Shown one piece after another: positions 13,193 through 27,702 of a DNA stretch of 64,000 bases. How positions within the stretch are numbered: position 1 is the first letter of the stretch; each line of letters opens with the position of its first letter. The DNA comes from the human T2T-CHM13v2.0 reference genome, Homo sapiens. Under the pieces are notes generated by a model, which searched no databases, was not told the DNA's origin, and saw only the letters and a program-made list of their open reading frames with translations. The DNA is taken from NCBI RefSeq assembly GCF_009914755.1, contig NC_060947.1; one strand, given 5' to 3'. The position numbers were made by a program, and so were the translations under genes.

Positions 13193-13397
13193 CTGCCATA
13201 TCTTCCTGTAGACTGGCTACAGCCCTAGTCCAAGTATCTTATGTGAGCTATCCTCTAGGCGGACTGAATTTTACACCCATGTACCTGCTGCCATATCTTC
13301 CTGTAGACTGGCTACAGCCCTAGTCCAAGTATCTTATGTGAGCTATCCTCTAGGCGGACTGAATTTTACACCCATGTACCTGCTGCCATATCTTCCT
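13193..13397 (+). repeat. Near-perfect 95-bp tandem duplication within the 48-bp array
   Basis: CTGCCATATCTTCCT at 13193, 13288 and 13383, with identical intervening sequence. Confidence 0.95.
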
Positions 13398-14540
13398 ATT
13401 CGCAGGATGCTCTCTCCACCTATGCAAGTCCTGCAGTGTTCTTCACCTAGGCTGACTGCTCCGCAAGCCATAAGCTCTCTGTCAGGTCCTGTATAAACTA
13501 GCTACACCCTCCACCCATGTATCAGTTGCTGATCCTTCCTTAGGCTAGGTATTTCTTCCACCTATGAAACTCCTGCCATGACCTCTCCCAGATTGTTTGC
13601 ACCATCAACACACATACTTACTCCTAACTCCTCCTTTACATTGGGTTCTCTTGCCAACCATAAACTTTCTGCTGTATCCCCCCCATACCCTGACTGTAAC
13701 CTCAACATATGTACTACTGCCAGGTACTACACTACACTGAATATTTTCTCCCACTACGTATCACCTGCCTGGTCATTCCCTAGGCTTGATTTTCAATGCT
13801 CTTATGCACCTCTAACAGGTTCCTCCCCTTAGGCTGAAAGCTTCCTTAACCCCCACACATCTAAACAAATTCTTCGCTAGACTGATTGCACATTCCATCC
13901 ATGCACATATTGCTGACCCTAGCCTACATGCTCCCTCTATCTATGCCCTTGTAGAAAGATTCTCCCCTAGGGTGGCTCTGCCCTCCATCTATGCAGCACC
14001 TCCTGAGTTCTACCCTTGGCTGTGTGCTCCCTCCACCCATGAACTTCCTGATGAGTCCTGCACTATATTGCTGCATACTGCATCCATGTACCTCCTATAA
14101 TATTAGGCCCTAGTCAGGATAGTTTCTGTATTTTTGTAAGGTTGGCCACGTTTTCTCCTTAGGTGGATATACCATCAACGGTGCCCTTATTTTCAAGTAC
14201 TCCTACAGGCCGAATGCTCCCAGCAATGGCAAACAATATTAATACCCTATCTGAATGATACCTCTTACCCCTATCTTCTGCCAAGTCTTTCCCTAGGCTA
14301 GCTACACACCCCAAAGGTGAACTCCCTGCAAGGTTTTATCCTAGGCTTGAAGTTCCCTTTATCTTGGACTTCATGCTAAGTACTCTAACAGGAGGCCTGC
14401 ACCCTGGATTCACCTCCTATCTCTTTCTCCCCTACACTAGATTATCCTTTAAACCTTGCACCTACTTCCTAGTCTTGTCTAGAATGGCTGCACCATCTAC
14501 TCCCACATCTTTTGCCAAGTCTTCCTCCAGTCTGGATGCT

Positions 14541-14888
14541 CATAGGGTTTGGCTGGGTCCCCACCCAAATCTCACCTTGAATTGTAATAATCCCCACATG
14601 TCAAGGGTAGTTCCAGGTGAAGATAATTGAATAATAGGGGCAGTTTCCCCCATACTGTTCTTGTGGTAGTGAATAATATCTGATGGTTTTATACATGGGA
14701 ATTTATACATGGGAATTCCCCTGCACAAGCTGTCTCTTGTCTGCTACCATGTAAGACTTGACTTCGTACCTCCTTTGCCTTCCACCATGATTGTGAGGCC
14801 TCCCCAGCCATGTGGAACTCTGAGTAAATTAAACCTCTTTTCTTTATAAATCACCCAGTCTCGGGTATGTCTTTGTTAGCAGCGTGAG
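14541..14888 (+). mobile_element. THE1 solo LTR
   Basis: GGTTTGGCTGGGTCCCCACCCAAATCTCACCTTGAATTGTAATAATCCCC...AAACCTCTTTTCTTTATAAATCACCCAGTCTCGGGTATGTC. Confidence 0.85.
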
Positions 14889-15570
14889 TTGCAGATGCTA
14901 TATCCATCCTCACTCCTATTGCTGATTACTCTCCTAGCCTGCATGACACCTCAACTTGCTTCTGTACCCTCCCTGTTTTATTGCTATGCCCCCAACTACC
15001 TTGTCTACACTCTCCATCTATGTATCTCTTGCAGATCTTCCCCTATGCTTGTTGCTTCCTCCAATCAGGTAACTCCAGCCATACTCTCTCCTCGGCTGGC
15101 TCTATTCTCTTTTTCCTCCGATGATTGAATGCTTCCTCCACCAGTGTACCTGCTGAATATTCCTCCACTAAGCTGAATCTTCCGTTCACCCACGCACTTA
15201 CGGCTTAATCCTATTTAATCTTTATGCTTCCTTCACTCATGCATCTATTTCCGATTATTCCCTTAAGCTGGCTGGACCTTCCACCAAAACACTGACTACA
15301 GAATCTTCCCCAGTTTTGGTGCACTTTGTATTTATAAACTTCTTGCTGTCTCCTTCTCTGCAGCCTCCATTCATGCATACCTTACCATGTTATATCCTAG
15401 TCTGGAAGCTTCTTATACCCATGCACTTCTTGCTAGATCCTTCTCTAAGGTAGATGTACCCTTCATTCATGTACTTCCCACCATGTCTTTGCTTAGGATG
15501 ACTGCACCCTCCACCTATGCATCCCCTGTGAGGTCTTACCCTAAGATGAATAATCCTTACATTCATGCAC

Positions 15571-15935
15571 TGCTATAGACTGAATGTTTATGTCCACCCC
15601 CCAAATACATGTTAAGTTCTAGCGCCCAGTGTGATGGTATTTGGAGGTGACAGTTTTGAAAGGTAATTAAATCAGGAGGGTGGAGCTTTCATAAATGGAA
15701 TTAATGCTTTTTAAAACAGGCCCTGGAGATCTCTCTTGGCCCTTGCACCATGTGAGGTTATAGCAAGGAGACTGCTGTCTATGAAGTAGGAAGCGGACAT
15801 TCACTGGACACTGAATATGCTGGTGCCCTGACTATGAACTTCGTAGTCTCCAGAACTGTGAGAAATATACTTATGTTGTTTATAAGCCACCTACTTTATG
15901 GCATTTTGTTATAGCAGCCCAAATAGACTAAAATA
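15571..15935 (+). mobile_element. MLT1A-type MaLR solo LTR
   Basis: TGCTATAGACTGAATGTTTATGTCC start; GTTATAGCAGCCCAAATAGACTAAAATA end; ~365 bp long. Confidence 0.8.
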
Positions 15936-16024
15936 TGTGTCAAAGGCCAGGTCCTCTTGCTAGCTTGGCTACCCTCCAATCATGCACTTTCTGTAATGTT
16001 CTCCATTAGACTTGCTGCATTCTA

Positions 16025-16153
16025 AGCTGAGCAGATGCAGGTGCCATGCTTTCTGTGTAGCCTGAAGAACCATGAGCCAATTAAACCTCTTTTCTTTATA
16101 ACTTAACCAGTCTCAGGTATTTCTTTATAGCAATGCAAGCATGACCTAAAACA
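16025..16153 (+). mobile_element. MST-type LTR 3' fragment
   Basis: AGAACCATGAGCCAATTAAACCTCTTTTCTTTATAACTTAACCAGTCTCAGGTATTTCTTTATAGCAATGCAAG. Confidence 0.75.
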
Positions 16154-16490
16154 GTAAGACAGAACATGAAAGGAAATCCATGGGTTAATTGTGCATCCAG
16201 CCTCTGGTAGGACGTAGTAGGAGGGGCATATCACCAGGGAATATATCCCCTAGGGTAGGAGTTGGTAGGAGGGGAAAGGGGAGAGAAAGCTTCCAGCCTG
16301 GGGTAAGATGCTACAGAAAGTGCATGAATGGAGGGCACAGTTAGTCTAGGGGAGTAGTCTACAGGGAGTAAATGGGTGAAGGGAACATCCATCCTAAGGA
16401 AAATCTGGTAAAGTCCTTTTAGTGTACATTGCAAGCAGAATAAGGGAGGACCCAGTGGAAAATATATGGGCAGGAAAGTGTAGGCAGACT
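16154..16490 (-). repeat. Inverted segment of the 48-bp array
   Basis: Abrupt switch to G-rich sequence (AAGTGCATGAATGGAGGGCACAGTTAGTCTAGGGGAG is the reverse complement of the monomer). The minus-strand ORF gives SPRLTVPSIHALSVASYPRLEA. Confidence 0.85.
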
Positions 16491-17124
16491 CGTGGCTGAC
16501 TGCACTTTTCAATATGTCCACTCCACCCAATATGTCCAACCAAGACCACTAATCACATGTGGCTCGTCCCACCACATGTTTATTATTCCTTGTAGAGTGC
16601 TCCAGTAGGCTGACTGCTACCTGGAATCATGAATATCCTGCTTGGTCCTACACTAGGCTGAAAGCAAAGTTTACTAATTCACCCTCTTCTGGGTCCTCCC
16701 TTAGTTGAGTGCTTTCTCCAACTATGTACCTGCTAGATACAAATTGACAACATACTCCATCCATGTACCATTTGCTGAGTCTCACCTAGGTATTGTGCTT
16801 CCTGCATCCATGCAAATAGCTGCCAAGTGCTCCTCTATGCAAGATTAATTTTCTTTCCATATACTACCTGATGAGACTTCCTTTAGGCTTGGTATACCTC
16901 CTACTCATACACTTCATGGAGATCTTTTCCTAGTTTTTTCTACTTTTCCTACTTTTTTTCTACTTTTCCTACTTTTTCCTACTTTTGTAGTCTTCCTGTG
17001 CCTTCCACTAATACAGATCTTCCCGTGTTCCCCATAGACTAACGCTCCCTTTAGACATACACATCTTGTCAAGTCCATCCCTAGGCTGTCTGTACCCTCT
17101 AATAATCCATCTTCTACTCTGCCT

Positions 17125-17372
17125 TCCTTGAGTCTCCCAGACTTAAGCAATCCTCCCATCTCACAGACTCAAGCAATCCTCTCACCTCAGCCTCTCCAGT
17201 AGCTGGGACTACAGGTGGGTGCCACCATGCTCAGCTATTTTTATTTTTATTTTTCCAGAGATGGGATTTCAACATGTTGCCCAGGCTGGTCTTGAACTCC
17301 TAAGCTTGAGCAATCCTACCACTGCAGCCTCCAAAAATGCTGGGATTACAGGGTGAGCCACCGTGCCTGGCC
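17125..17372 (-). mobile_element. Partial AluJ-type SINE
   Basis: AAGCAATCCTC...AGTAGCTGGGACTACAGG...GTGAGCCACCGTGCCTGGCC. Confidence 0.85.
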
Positions 17373-18746
17373 CCTATTATTTTCTTATAATGGATGCTCC
17401 CACCACCCATGCACTTCCTCCTGATTCTTCCTAAGGCTGGCTGAAACTACCTGGTCCAGCTTTAGAATGGATGCTTCCTACACTTATACACTTCCTGCAG
17501 GTTATTTGCATTAGGATGGAAATCCCTCCAGCCCTGCCTCTGCTGATATGTCCTCCCATATGGTGGCACACCCTCCACTGATACATCTCCTGCCAAGTTC
17601 TCCCTTATGTGGGATGCTGACTCCGCGTATATACTTCCTGCTGGATTGTCCCCAGAGGGTGACTGCTTTCTGCATCCATGCAGCTCTCACAGTCTTCTCC
17701 CCTTAGCTGAATGCTCCCTCCAATCATGTACTGCATCCAGGTCTTCTAAAAGGCTGACTGAATCCCACATATATGCACCTCCTCCTATGTCAGCCCTAGG
17801 ATGGCTGCATTCTAGACCTTGCACTTCCTACAAGATCTTCCACAGTGACTGCATACTGCAACCCTGCATTCCTCCCATGTCTTACATTAGGCTGGATGCA
17901 ACATCCTTCCATGCATCACCTGCAGAGTCCACCCTGGTCTTCATTCTCCTTCCAGTGATGCATGGCCTGCAGGATCCTCCCCTAGGCTCACTGCACAAAT
18001 CAATCATGCCTCTCAAGACTCTCCTTAAACTGAATGCTCCTTCCACTAAACTCTGACCACATTCTCCCTTAGGATAGCTGAAACTTAAAGCCATGCTTCT
18101 ACAGCACGTTCTTTCATGAGCTGCTTCCATTTTCACCCACACACCTCCTGTCATATTCTACCCTATTCAGGATGCTCTCTCCACCTATGTACGTCCTACA
18201 TTGATGTATCTTAGCATGTATGAACCCTCCACTCATGCATGGCCCTCAGGTCTTCCCCTTTGCTAGATGCTCATACCACACATGGTCCTGTTGTGCCCTG
18301 ACCTAACCCGTCTACAACATCCTTATTATCCTCCTTTAGCCACAGCTTCCCATGGGCTAGATGCATACCTCATCCACCCATGCACTTACTGCAAGATTTT
18401 TCTCCCAATGTTGACAGCTTTATGCACCCATGCACTAACTGCAGAGTCTACCTACCTGTTGGCTGGATGCTCCCCCAACTATGCACTTTCTCCATGTCTT
18501 CTCCTAGCCTGACTGCACACTGTACCCAAGCATCTCCTAATATGTGCAGCCCTAGCTTGACTGCATACTTGACTCATGCAACTCCTGCAAGTTCTTCCTC
18601 TATACCGACTGCACTTTCAAACAGGTACCTCCTTTCACATCTTCACAATTTCTCACTTCCATCTATACACTTCCAGTAGAATCTCTCCTCAAAGGTTGCT
18701 GCTTCCTGTATCCATGCACCTCTTGCAGAGTCCTCATCTTGGCTAG

Positions 18747-19107
<361 letters not shown>

Positions 19108-22100
19108 CTCTTTCCCTAGTTCAGCTGCATCATTCCTCCCATGCACCTCTTGCTGCCAACTCCTGTAAGCCAGCTCCACACTCCACTAATTCACTTCCTG
19201 CCCCTCCCCTGCCTGCCTCAGGCTGGCTTCAATCTTAACTCATGAATCTTCTGAGGATCAACATTTAGGCTGAGTGTTCTCTCTAGTCTTGTCTCCTGTC
19301 CTCTTCGACACTAGCAATACCCATGAGCAATACACCTACTGCCAAATTATCCACTATGCTGGATAGCCATGCACTACCACAACTTTTCTCCTTAGTCTGT
19401 ATGCTGTTTCCACTAATGCATTTCCTCGCAGGTCTTCCTCCTAGCCTGGATGCACCATTCACCCATACATTTTTCTATCATGTCCTCCAATACACTGGAT
19501 GATCTCCCATCACTTGCATTTCCTTCTGAGTTATCCCTGCACATTCCACCCAGGAACTTTATGCCAGGTCATACCCTAAGCTGGATGTTGTCCTCACTCA
19601 TGCTTCTCCTGCTACTCCTTTATGCTGGATGCATTTGTGACCCATGCACCTCTCCCAGTTATCTCTGACCTTAACCCATGAGTCACCTGCCAAATTCTTC
19701 CCTAAGTTGGCTCCAGCTTTCACCCATGCACTTTCTGTCAGATCCTATCCTAGATATGCCATGACTTCAATCTATTTACTCCTTAATAAGGTCAAATTAA
19801 GGAAAGATGCTTTGTCTACTCAAAGATCGTGTAGAAGGCCCCAGCCCCCATTATCTTCATCCTGAATGTACCCTCTACTCATGCACTCCTTACCAAGCCT
19901 TTCTATAGGATGGCTGTTCTATCCAATCATGAATTGACACAATGATCCTCTCCAAGCCTGAATACTTCTTCCAATCATGTACCTCAAGCAATGACTTCTC
20001 CTAAGTTGACACCCTTGACCTATGTATGTGGTGTCCTTCCCTCAGCTAGAAGCTCCCTGTACCTATGGAGTCCTGCAATTAAAACATACACCCCTAGAAT
20101 AGATACTATCTCCACCCTTGAACCTCCAGTTGTGCAGTTGACTGCATCCACCACTGATGCATTTCTGGTTGAGGTTTCTACTATCTTGTCTGTACCTTCC
20201 AGTCCTATACCTCTTGCCAAGTTCTTCCCTAGGCTGACTACATCCTCCACTGATGCATTTCCTGCTGGGCCGCACCCTGTGCTTCGTGTAACTTCCAACT
20301 ATGCACCATGTGCTAGATCTACCCATAGGCTGGAGGATCCCTCCACCAATGGACCTCATGCCAAGCACTCTCATAGGCTGCCTGCACACTTCATGGTACA
20401 TTTCTTGCCTTTTCATCCCTTATACTGGATGATCCTTCCAACTACAAACCTAGTGCCTTGTCCTTACCTAAGCTACATGTTTGTTTTACCATGCACCCTT
20501 GCCGAATCTTGCCAAATCTTCTACTGTCCTGGGTGTAATCTCCCCTGAAATTACTCCTGGGTCCTGTCCTAGGCTGGATGCATTTTCATGCCCATGTAGT
20601 TCCTCCACCGATGCAATTCATTTCAGGTCCTCTCCTACCCAGCATGAACCCTCCTGAAGGGTCCTAATTTAGGATCAATGCTCCTTCCAACCATGCATGC
20701 CCTCCAAGTTTTCCACTAGGAAGGCTGCAATCTCTTCTCATGCAAATCTCCCTGAACCTTTCTCCAGTCTTGTTTCTCCCTCCTTACACATTCCTACTTT
20801 AGAAACCTCTTTTAGGAAGGATTCTAGCTTCATCCATGCAGATCCTGTTGGTTTCTACCTTTGGTTGGCAGAAACATACACACAGGTACTGCATGATAAT
20901 TACTCGACTATGCTGGATGTATTCTCAACAGCTGCCTGGCCCTGCATTCTTCACCTATGCACCTCCAACACCATCCTCCATTATTTGCGATGCACTCTGG
21001 AGCCACGTAACACGTGATACATCTACTCTGGGATTAATGTTTCCTCCTTGCATGCATCTTCTGCCACATTCTGCACTAGGCTGGATGCTGTCTCCACCCA
21101 TGCAACTATTTTTGCAATCTTCTAGGCTGACTCCGCTTTGCAGTGATGAATCTGGTGACATATTTTTCATGTCTGGCAGCACCTTCCACCCATGCACCTC
21201 TTTCCTATGTCCACCCATAGGTTAGTTGCATCTTTCACCAATGCACCTCCTACCTATCCTCCACTAGTCTGACAACAGCCTCTGTCTATACATTTCCTGA
21301 TGAGTTCTCCCTTAGGCAGGATACTCCTTCTACACATACAATTTCTCCCAAGTCCTGCTCTAGAATAGTTGTAACTTCCACACATGAACTGCCTGTCTTA
21401 TATTCCAATAAGCTAGGTGTTACCTCCACCCATGAACTAACTACTGGGACCAGCCACTGACTGGATGACCTGTATGCATATAGGTCTCTAACCTAGTTCA
21501 TTGAACCCATTCCCCTCCTACCATGTCCTTCCTAGGCTTGATCTCCTTTCACTTATACACCTCCTGCCTGGTCATTCTCTAGCCTGACTGTGTCCTGTTT
21601 TTGCACATACTAAGAGACTTCCCTTTTTCTATCTTCTCCATATGCACATGCATTTTTGCAATTCCTCCCTGAGGCTATACCTTGCACCAAAACACCTCCA
21701 AATATGTCCTCTGATAATGTGACTGCATCCTGCACCCACACATCATCTGCTATGCTTACTCTAGGCTGAATATTCATTTCAAAATATACTTTCTGCCATC
21801 TGCCCTCAGGCAGCGTGCTCCCTATATACATGCACTTCCTTCTGCTTCCTCTCCCAAATTTGCTTAAACCTCCACACATGCACTGACTGCATGCTAGGTA
21901 CTCTGCTAAGCTAGATGTTCCCTCCACTCATGGACCAAATACAGGGCACTGCCCAAGGTTGGATCTTTCCACCACACATATATGACCTGCAGATGTTTCG
22001 ACTTAGACTGGAAACTTCCTCAACCATGAGCCATGTAACGTGTCCTCCCCTAGACTTGATGCTTCCTCCACTTGTGCACTTCTTATTGGGTCTTCCTCTA

Positions 22101-23789
22101 ATTTGGCTGTATCCTTCACCTCTGCACCTCCTGTTGTGATACCCTCTACATGGTTACTCCTGTCATCCATACATTTCCTGACACATCTTACCTGAGACTG
22201 GCTGTACCCTACACAGGAGTGCCTCTTAGTATATCCTCTCATACAGGCTGCCTGTACTCTGCATCCATGCAACACCAGCCATATCTACTCTGGTTTGAAT
22301 GTTCCCTCCTTGCATGTAATTCCTGATGAGTCTCCCCTAGGCTGGAGGCTGCATCCACCCACACTCTTTCTGTCAGGTCATCATCTAGTCTGACTGCAGC
22401 TTACAACATACCCACTCTAATGTCTGTCCCTAGAATGGCTGCAACCTCATTCAATTCACCACTAGACTGGCTGCACTCTGTACCTATGCACCCCCTTCCA
22501 GTATTCCACTAGGTGGAAAGTTTACTTCTCCCATACAACTCCTGGCAGCACACTTCTAGGCCTGATTTTATGTCTCCCTGTGTACTTCCTGTTGTGTCCT
22601 CTCTTAGGTTGCACCCTACACATATGCACCACCTGCTTGGCTTTGTTTAGGTTGAATGCTACCTTCTCCATGTAGCATGCCAGGTCCTGCCCTAGGCTAG
22701 ACAGTTTCTCTATCCATGCACTGCCTAATTAACTGGATTCCTGTATAAGCTGCACTCTGCAACAATGCAGCCACTTTTGTGTCCTTCCCTAGGTATGAAA
22801 CACAATTTACCTTTACAACTCTTGCCATATCCTCCTTTAAGCTGGCTGCAGGATCAACCTATGCTTCTCTGGGCAAGTCTTCCCCTAGGTTGAATGTATT
22901 ATGAACCCCCTGCCATATCTTCTTTTAGGAAAAATGCTCCCTCCACCTATACACTTTCTGACAGAACCTCTACTAAGCTGGTTATACTATCTAACTTTGC
23001 ACCTCCTGCTGCGAACTCAATAGGCTTATTGGTCCCTCCATCCATGCACATTCTACTCGGTGCTCTCCATGTCTGGCTGCAACTTGAACCAATTAATCTT
23101 CTAATATATGCTTCCCTAGGCTAGCTTCACCCTGCACCTGTGCATCACTTGCCAAGTCTCTTGTAAAATATATGCTCTCTTTTCCCATCCAACTCCTGCT
23201 TTACCTCTTCTAGGACTGGTTTTCTCTACCTATGCAATGTTTGCTCTCCCCTACCCCACCCCTGTAGTTCAGCTGAATGCTGCAACCATATACCACCTGC
23301 CTATATACAACTATATACCACCTGCCTAAGTATGTTCTAAGCTGAATGCTACCCCCTCGCATGCATCTCCTGCCTTATTTTGCTTATTCCCCTCCACCCA
23401 TGGACTTCTTGCCAGAATTATCCAAGGCCACTTGCATCTCATAACCAGGCACCTGCTACTATGTACTAACTATTCTAAGTTAATTTCATCCCCTCCCATG
23501 CACTTTCTGCTGGTTTCTCTCCTAGGTTGGCAGTGCTATCCATCAATGCACCAATTGCAATATCCCACCCTAGAATGGCTTTAATCTCTATACATAAACT
23601 ACTTGCAGGGTACTCCACTAAACAACACGTATCCTGCACCCATGAATTATCTGCCATGTTCTCTGCTATGCTGCCTGAACACTCTGCTAACACTGCTTCT
23701 CAGGAGACCTGATCTAGTCTATATAATGCACCCAAATATGCACTACCTGCCATGTCCCCTTGTCTTGATGAAACCTCTGCTCATGAACT

Positions 23790-24262
23790 TTATGAAACAA
23801 ACTTCTTTTACTATATAACAGAAGGCAGTGGTGCAAGTCGAAGCAAGGTGCTCACGTAAGTTAGGTCCTTAATCTCCCGCTGAGACTCAGAGAAAGAGCT
23901 GGAGTTATCACCCTATATGTTTGGATTTCAAAGAAAGAGCTTTCAGATCTTTGAGGAAACAGTTTAGAGTAGCAGATTAACCACTCAAAGGACAGAGAAA
24001 GGATTTACAATCTCAAGCCTTCTAAAGTAATTGCTCTAACGGGGGTTTGAGGGCCTATCTGTCTATTACCAGGTTTTGGTTGGAATAAACAGTAAATTCT
24101 CCTGGTAACATCAAGCTTTCTCAGGCAGGCATTTCATGGGCAGGGGAGCTGAGGTCATCTTAGGGACATGGTGTTAAGCTGCTAGAAATAATCCTAGAGT
24201 TTTTTTTTTTTTTAAGTTTCTTAGCGAAGAGGTATGGAGAGACTTTAAGTATTTGCTGCAGC
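23790..24262. mobile_element. Non-array insertion, probably an ERV LTR fragment (family uncertain)
   Basis: About 470 bp in which the 48-bp periodicity and pyrimidine skew disappear. The length is LTR-like and the boundaries are approximate. Confidence 0.45.
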
Positions 24263-27200
24263 CTCAATTGTTACACCCCAACCCAGGTGCTGCCTACACC
24301 TCTGCACTTATTGCAATATCCTCCCTTAGGCAAGATGTATACTCCATTCACGCATTTCCCACCATCCTTTGCTTTGGTTGTCTGCATCCTTCAATCATGG
24401 ATCTTCTATTGGGTCTTCCTCTAGGATGGATAATCTCTCCACTCATGTACCAACTGCCAGATCTTCCCCTAGGCTTGCTGTGCTTCAGTCATGCACTTCC
24501 TGCCACATCCTTTTTAAGCTGCTCCACCCTAAACCCACACACCTTCTGATAAGTTCAACTTTAGACTAGCTACTCCATTTTCTCTTGTGCATTCTGCTAG
24601 GCCCTGCCCTAGGCTGCTTGCACCATATATTAATGAACCTTTGGAAGAGAATTTCACAACAATGGATGCCCTCTTCACTCACGCTCTGCTGGATTCTTCC
24701 TCAAACTTTCTGGACTTTCCACTCAGGCATTTCCTGACATATCCTGCCCTTGGATGGCTGCACCATTCACCAGTCTTTCCATATGCTGCCAGTCTTTCTC
24801 TATGCTGGCTAAACTCTCCAACCATGCAACTCCTGCTGAACCTTACTACAGGCTATGTGTACCCTTCTTTCTTGTATCTCTCAGCACAGACTGGATATTA
24901 CCTTCTCATCAGATGCACCTCCTGAAGAATCCTACTGGGAGATGGATACTCCTTCCCAGTTTGAACTCTTCCTGCACACATAAACTTCTGACTTAGTCCT
25001 CTCCGGTTAGCCATACCATATATCCATGCACTTCCTGGCTAACCATTCCTACACTGACTACACCCTCCACTAATGCATATTCTTCAAGATACACCACCAG
25101 GCTGGATGCTCCCTCCCCACTTGCATCAATTACCAAGTCTATGCTTGGATAAATGCTCCCTTCAACCATGGACTTCATTTCCAATCCTTCCCTAGAATGC
25201 TTGTAATATCCACACAGGCACCTCCTCCCATGTTCTACCCTAAATTAAATGCTCCCTCCTCCCATGCATCTCCTGTTGGTTTGTGCTCTAGACTGGCTGT
25301 ATCCTCCATCCATGCACCTCTTGCTGAGCCCTCCTTTAGGCTTTATGTTATGCTCACTACACCCATGTGTGTCCTGCCAAGACTATACCAAGGCTAGCTG
25401 GTCACTTCACATATTTAACTCCTGTGCAGCGTTCTCTTAGGGTGGCTGCACTTTCTTGCCATGCATATTTTACTGTATCTCAACCTAGATTGAAAGCACA
25501 CTCCATCTGTAGACCCCATTCTGAGTCCTTCCATGTTTGGCTGCTCCTTCTGACCATGCAGAGTGCTCCCTCAGGCTGCCTTCTCACTCCACTCATGCAG
25601 TTCTTCCTGAGTCTCACCTAAGCTAGATGCTTCCTCCACCCGTGGAAGTACTGCCAAGTATTACCCTATGCTGGATGAACACTATTCCCATGCTTTCCTT
25701 GCCAAGATTTCCTCTAGTTTTTCTGCACATTCTTCTCATAAACTTCATGATCTGCCCACACATTTCACTCATATAGTTCTTGCCCTGTTGTCTCATTGGA
25801 AGAATGACCCCCACACCCATACAACTTTGGCTCAGTCTAACCCTAGGCTGGATGCACCCTCCACTAACACACCTTCCAATATTCCTTCAATCTGATTTCT
25901 CCTACCCCCACCTCCACACACATATTTCCTGCTGAATCTTCCCATCTTTTGGTTACATTTTCTACTCATTTATGTTATATCAGATATTCCCCAAGATGGA
26001 TGCTTCTTCCACCCAGGCACTGCCTATCAGGTAATTGTCTAGGCAGACTGAGGCCTACATTCATAATCTCCTGATGATTCTACCCTTAGAATGGTCACTC
26101 CGTTTACCCATGCACTTTTTGATGTGTCTTCCCTGGGCTGGCTGAATCGTCCATCCATGTACCACCTCCGTGGCCTCCTATGTGCTAGATGTACACTTCA
26201 CCCATCCACTTTCTCGCATGCCTTCTCTTAAGCTTGCTAGAACCTCTACCCATAGACTTCATGCAGAGTCCTCCCCCAAGCTGCATAACCCTCTCTCATG
26301 CGCTTCCTACTGAGTCTTTCCTTAGGCTGTATACTCTCTTCTTCCATTAATCTCTTGCTGAGACTCTCTAGACTGAATTCTCATTCCTCTGACTCACCTT
26401 CTGTCATGCCCTCAGATAGTCTAGATGCTTCCTCCACTGTTACACTTACCATCATGTATTTCCTTTGGTTGCATTTGCCCTCCAGATCCTCACCTCTTGC
26501 CATATCTTGCCATAAATTTGTCACTTCCTCTAATGATGCATGTTGTAGAAATCCTTCCTTAGCCTGGATTCTCCCTCCACCCGTACAACTCCCATCAAAT
26601 CCTTCCCTGGGCCAGATGATCCCTCCACTTCCGCACCTCTATCCATGACCTCTACTAGACTGCATGCCCCCTCCTCTGATGCATTTACTGCCAAGTCTTC
26701 ACAGAGATTGGATGCTCCCTCCTAAGTTTCACTTCCTGTCATCTTCTTCTTTTGGCTGGCTGCAACCTTAACCAATCCACCTCTCAAAGAGTACTATCCT
26801 AAGTTTTTGGCAACTTCTGCTCATGCATTTACTGTTGGATAGTTTCCAAAGCTGGCTTAAGCTGCCATTTATGTACATCCAGCTTGTTCCTCCCCTTGGT
26901 TGACTGCATCCTCCAGTCATACACTTGCTGAAGAGTCAACCCCTAAGCTAGGTGCTCCCTACACAAAGGCATCACCTGACATATTCAGCCCTATATTGGC
27001 TGAATATCCATCCATGCACTGACGGCCGGATCTATTGTTGAATGCATACTCCCCTGAATCATTCACTTCCTGTTTTGTCCAACCCTATACTGGCTGCAAC
27101 CTCTACCTATGAACAACCTCCTGCATCCTCTTAGAACTGGATGCCATTTTTCTTCTACTAAGACATTCTCTAGGCCTTCTGCACCCTCTATTCATGCACC

Positions 27201-27335
27201 TTCAGGTTAATCCTTCCCTAGACTAGACGATCACTTCACCCATGCATGTTCTACTAACACCACCTATAGCCTGCCTGTTCCCTCTACATATTCACTCCTT
27301 GATAAATGTATTTCTTGGGTTGCAGAATTCCCTAC

Positions 27336-27702
27336 TGTATTAGTCTGTTTTCACACTGCTATAAAGAACTACCTGAGACTGGATAATTTATGAAGAAAAG
27401 AGGTTTAATTGACTCACAGTTCTGTAGGCCTAACAGGAAGCATGAATGGGAGGCCTTAGGAAACTTACAATCGTGGCGGAAGGCGAAGGAGAGGCATGCA
27501 CATCTTCGCAATGGCAGAGCAGTAGAGAGAGGGGAGGGGGAAGCACTACACTCCCAAACAACCAGATCCTGTGAGAACTCACTCACTATCATGAGAACGG
27601 CAAGAGGGAAGTCCACCCCCATGATCCAATTAGGATTCACCAGGCCCCTCCCCTGACATGTGGGGATTACAGTTTGGGTGGGGACACAGCCAAACCATAT
27701 CA
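27336..27702 (-). mobile_element. MSTA/THE1D-type solo LTR
   Basis: TGTATTAGTCTGTTTTCACACTGCTATAAAG...CAGCCAAACCATATCA termini; TSD CCTAC / CCCAC. Confidence 0.88.

Noticed and set aside
19991-20548. 185-aa ORF, and similar ORFs at 36306-36878 and 38392-38952, as real CDS
   Set aside because: They are chance open stretches of a 3n-period repeat whose consensus lacks stops in several frames. Frames switch constantly and no exon structure is evident.
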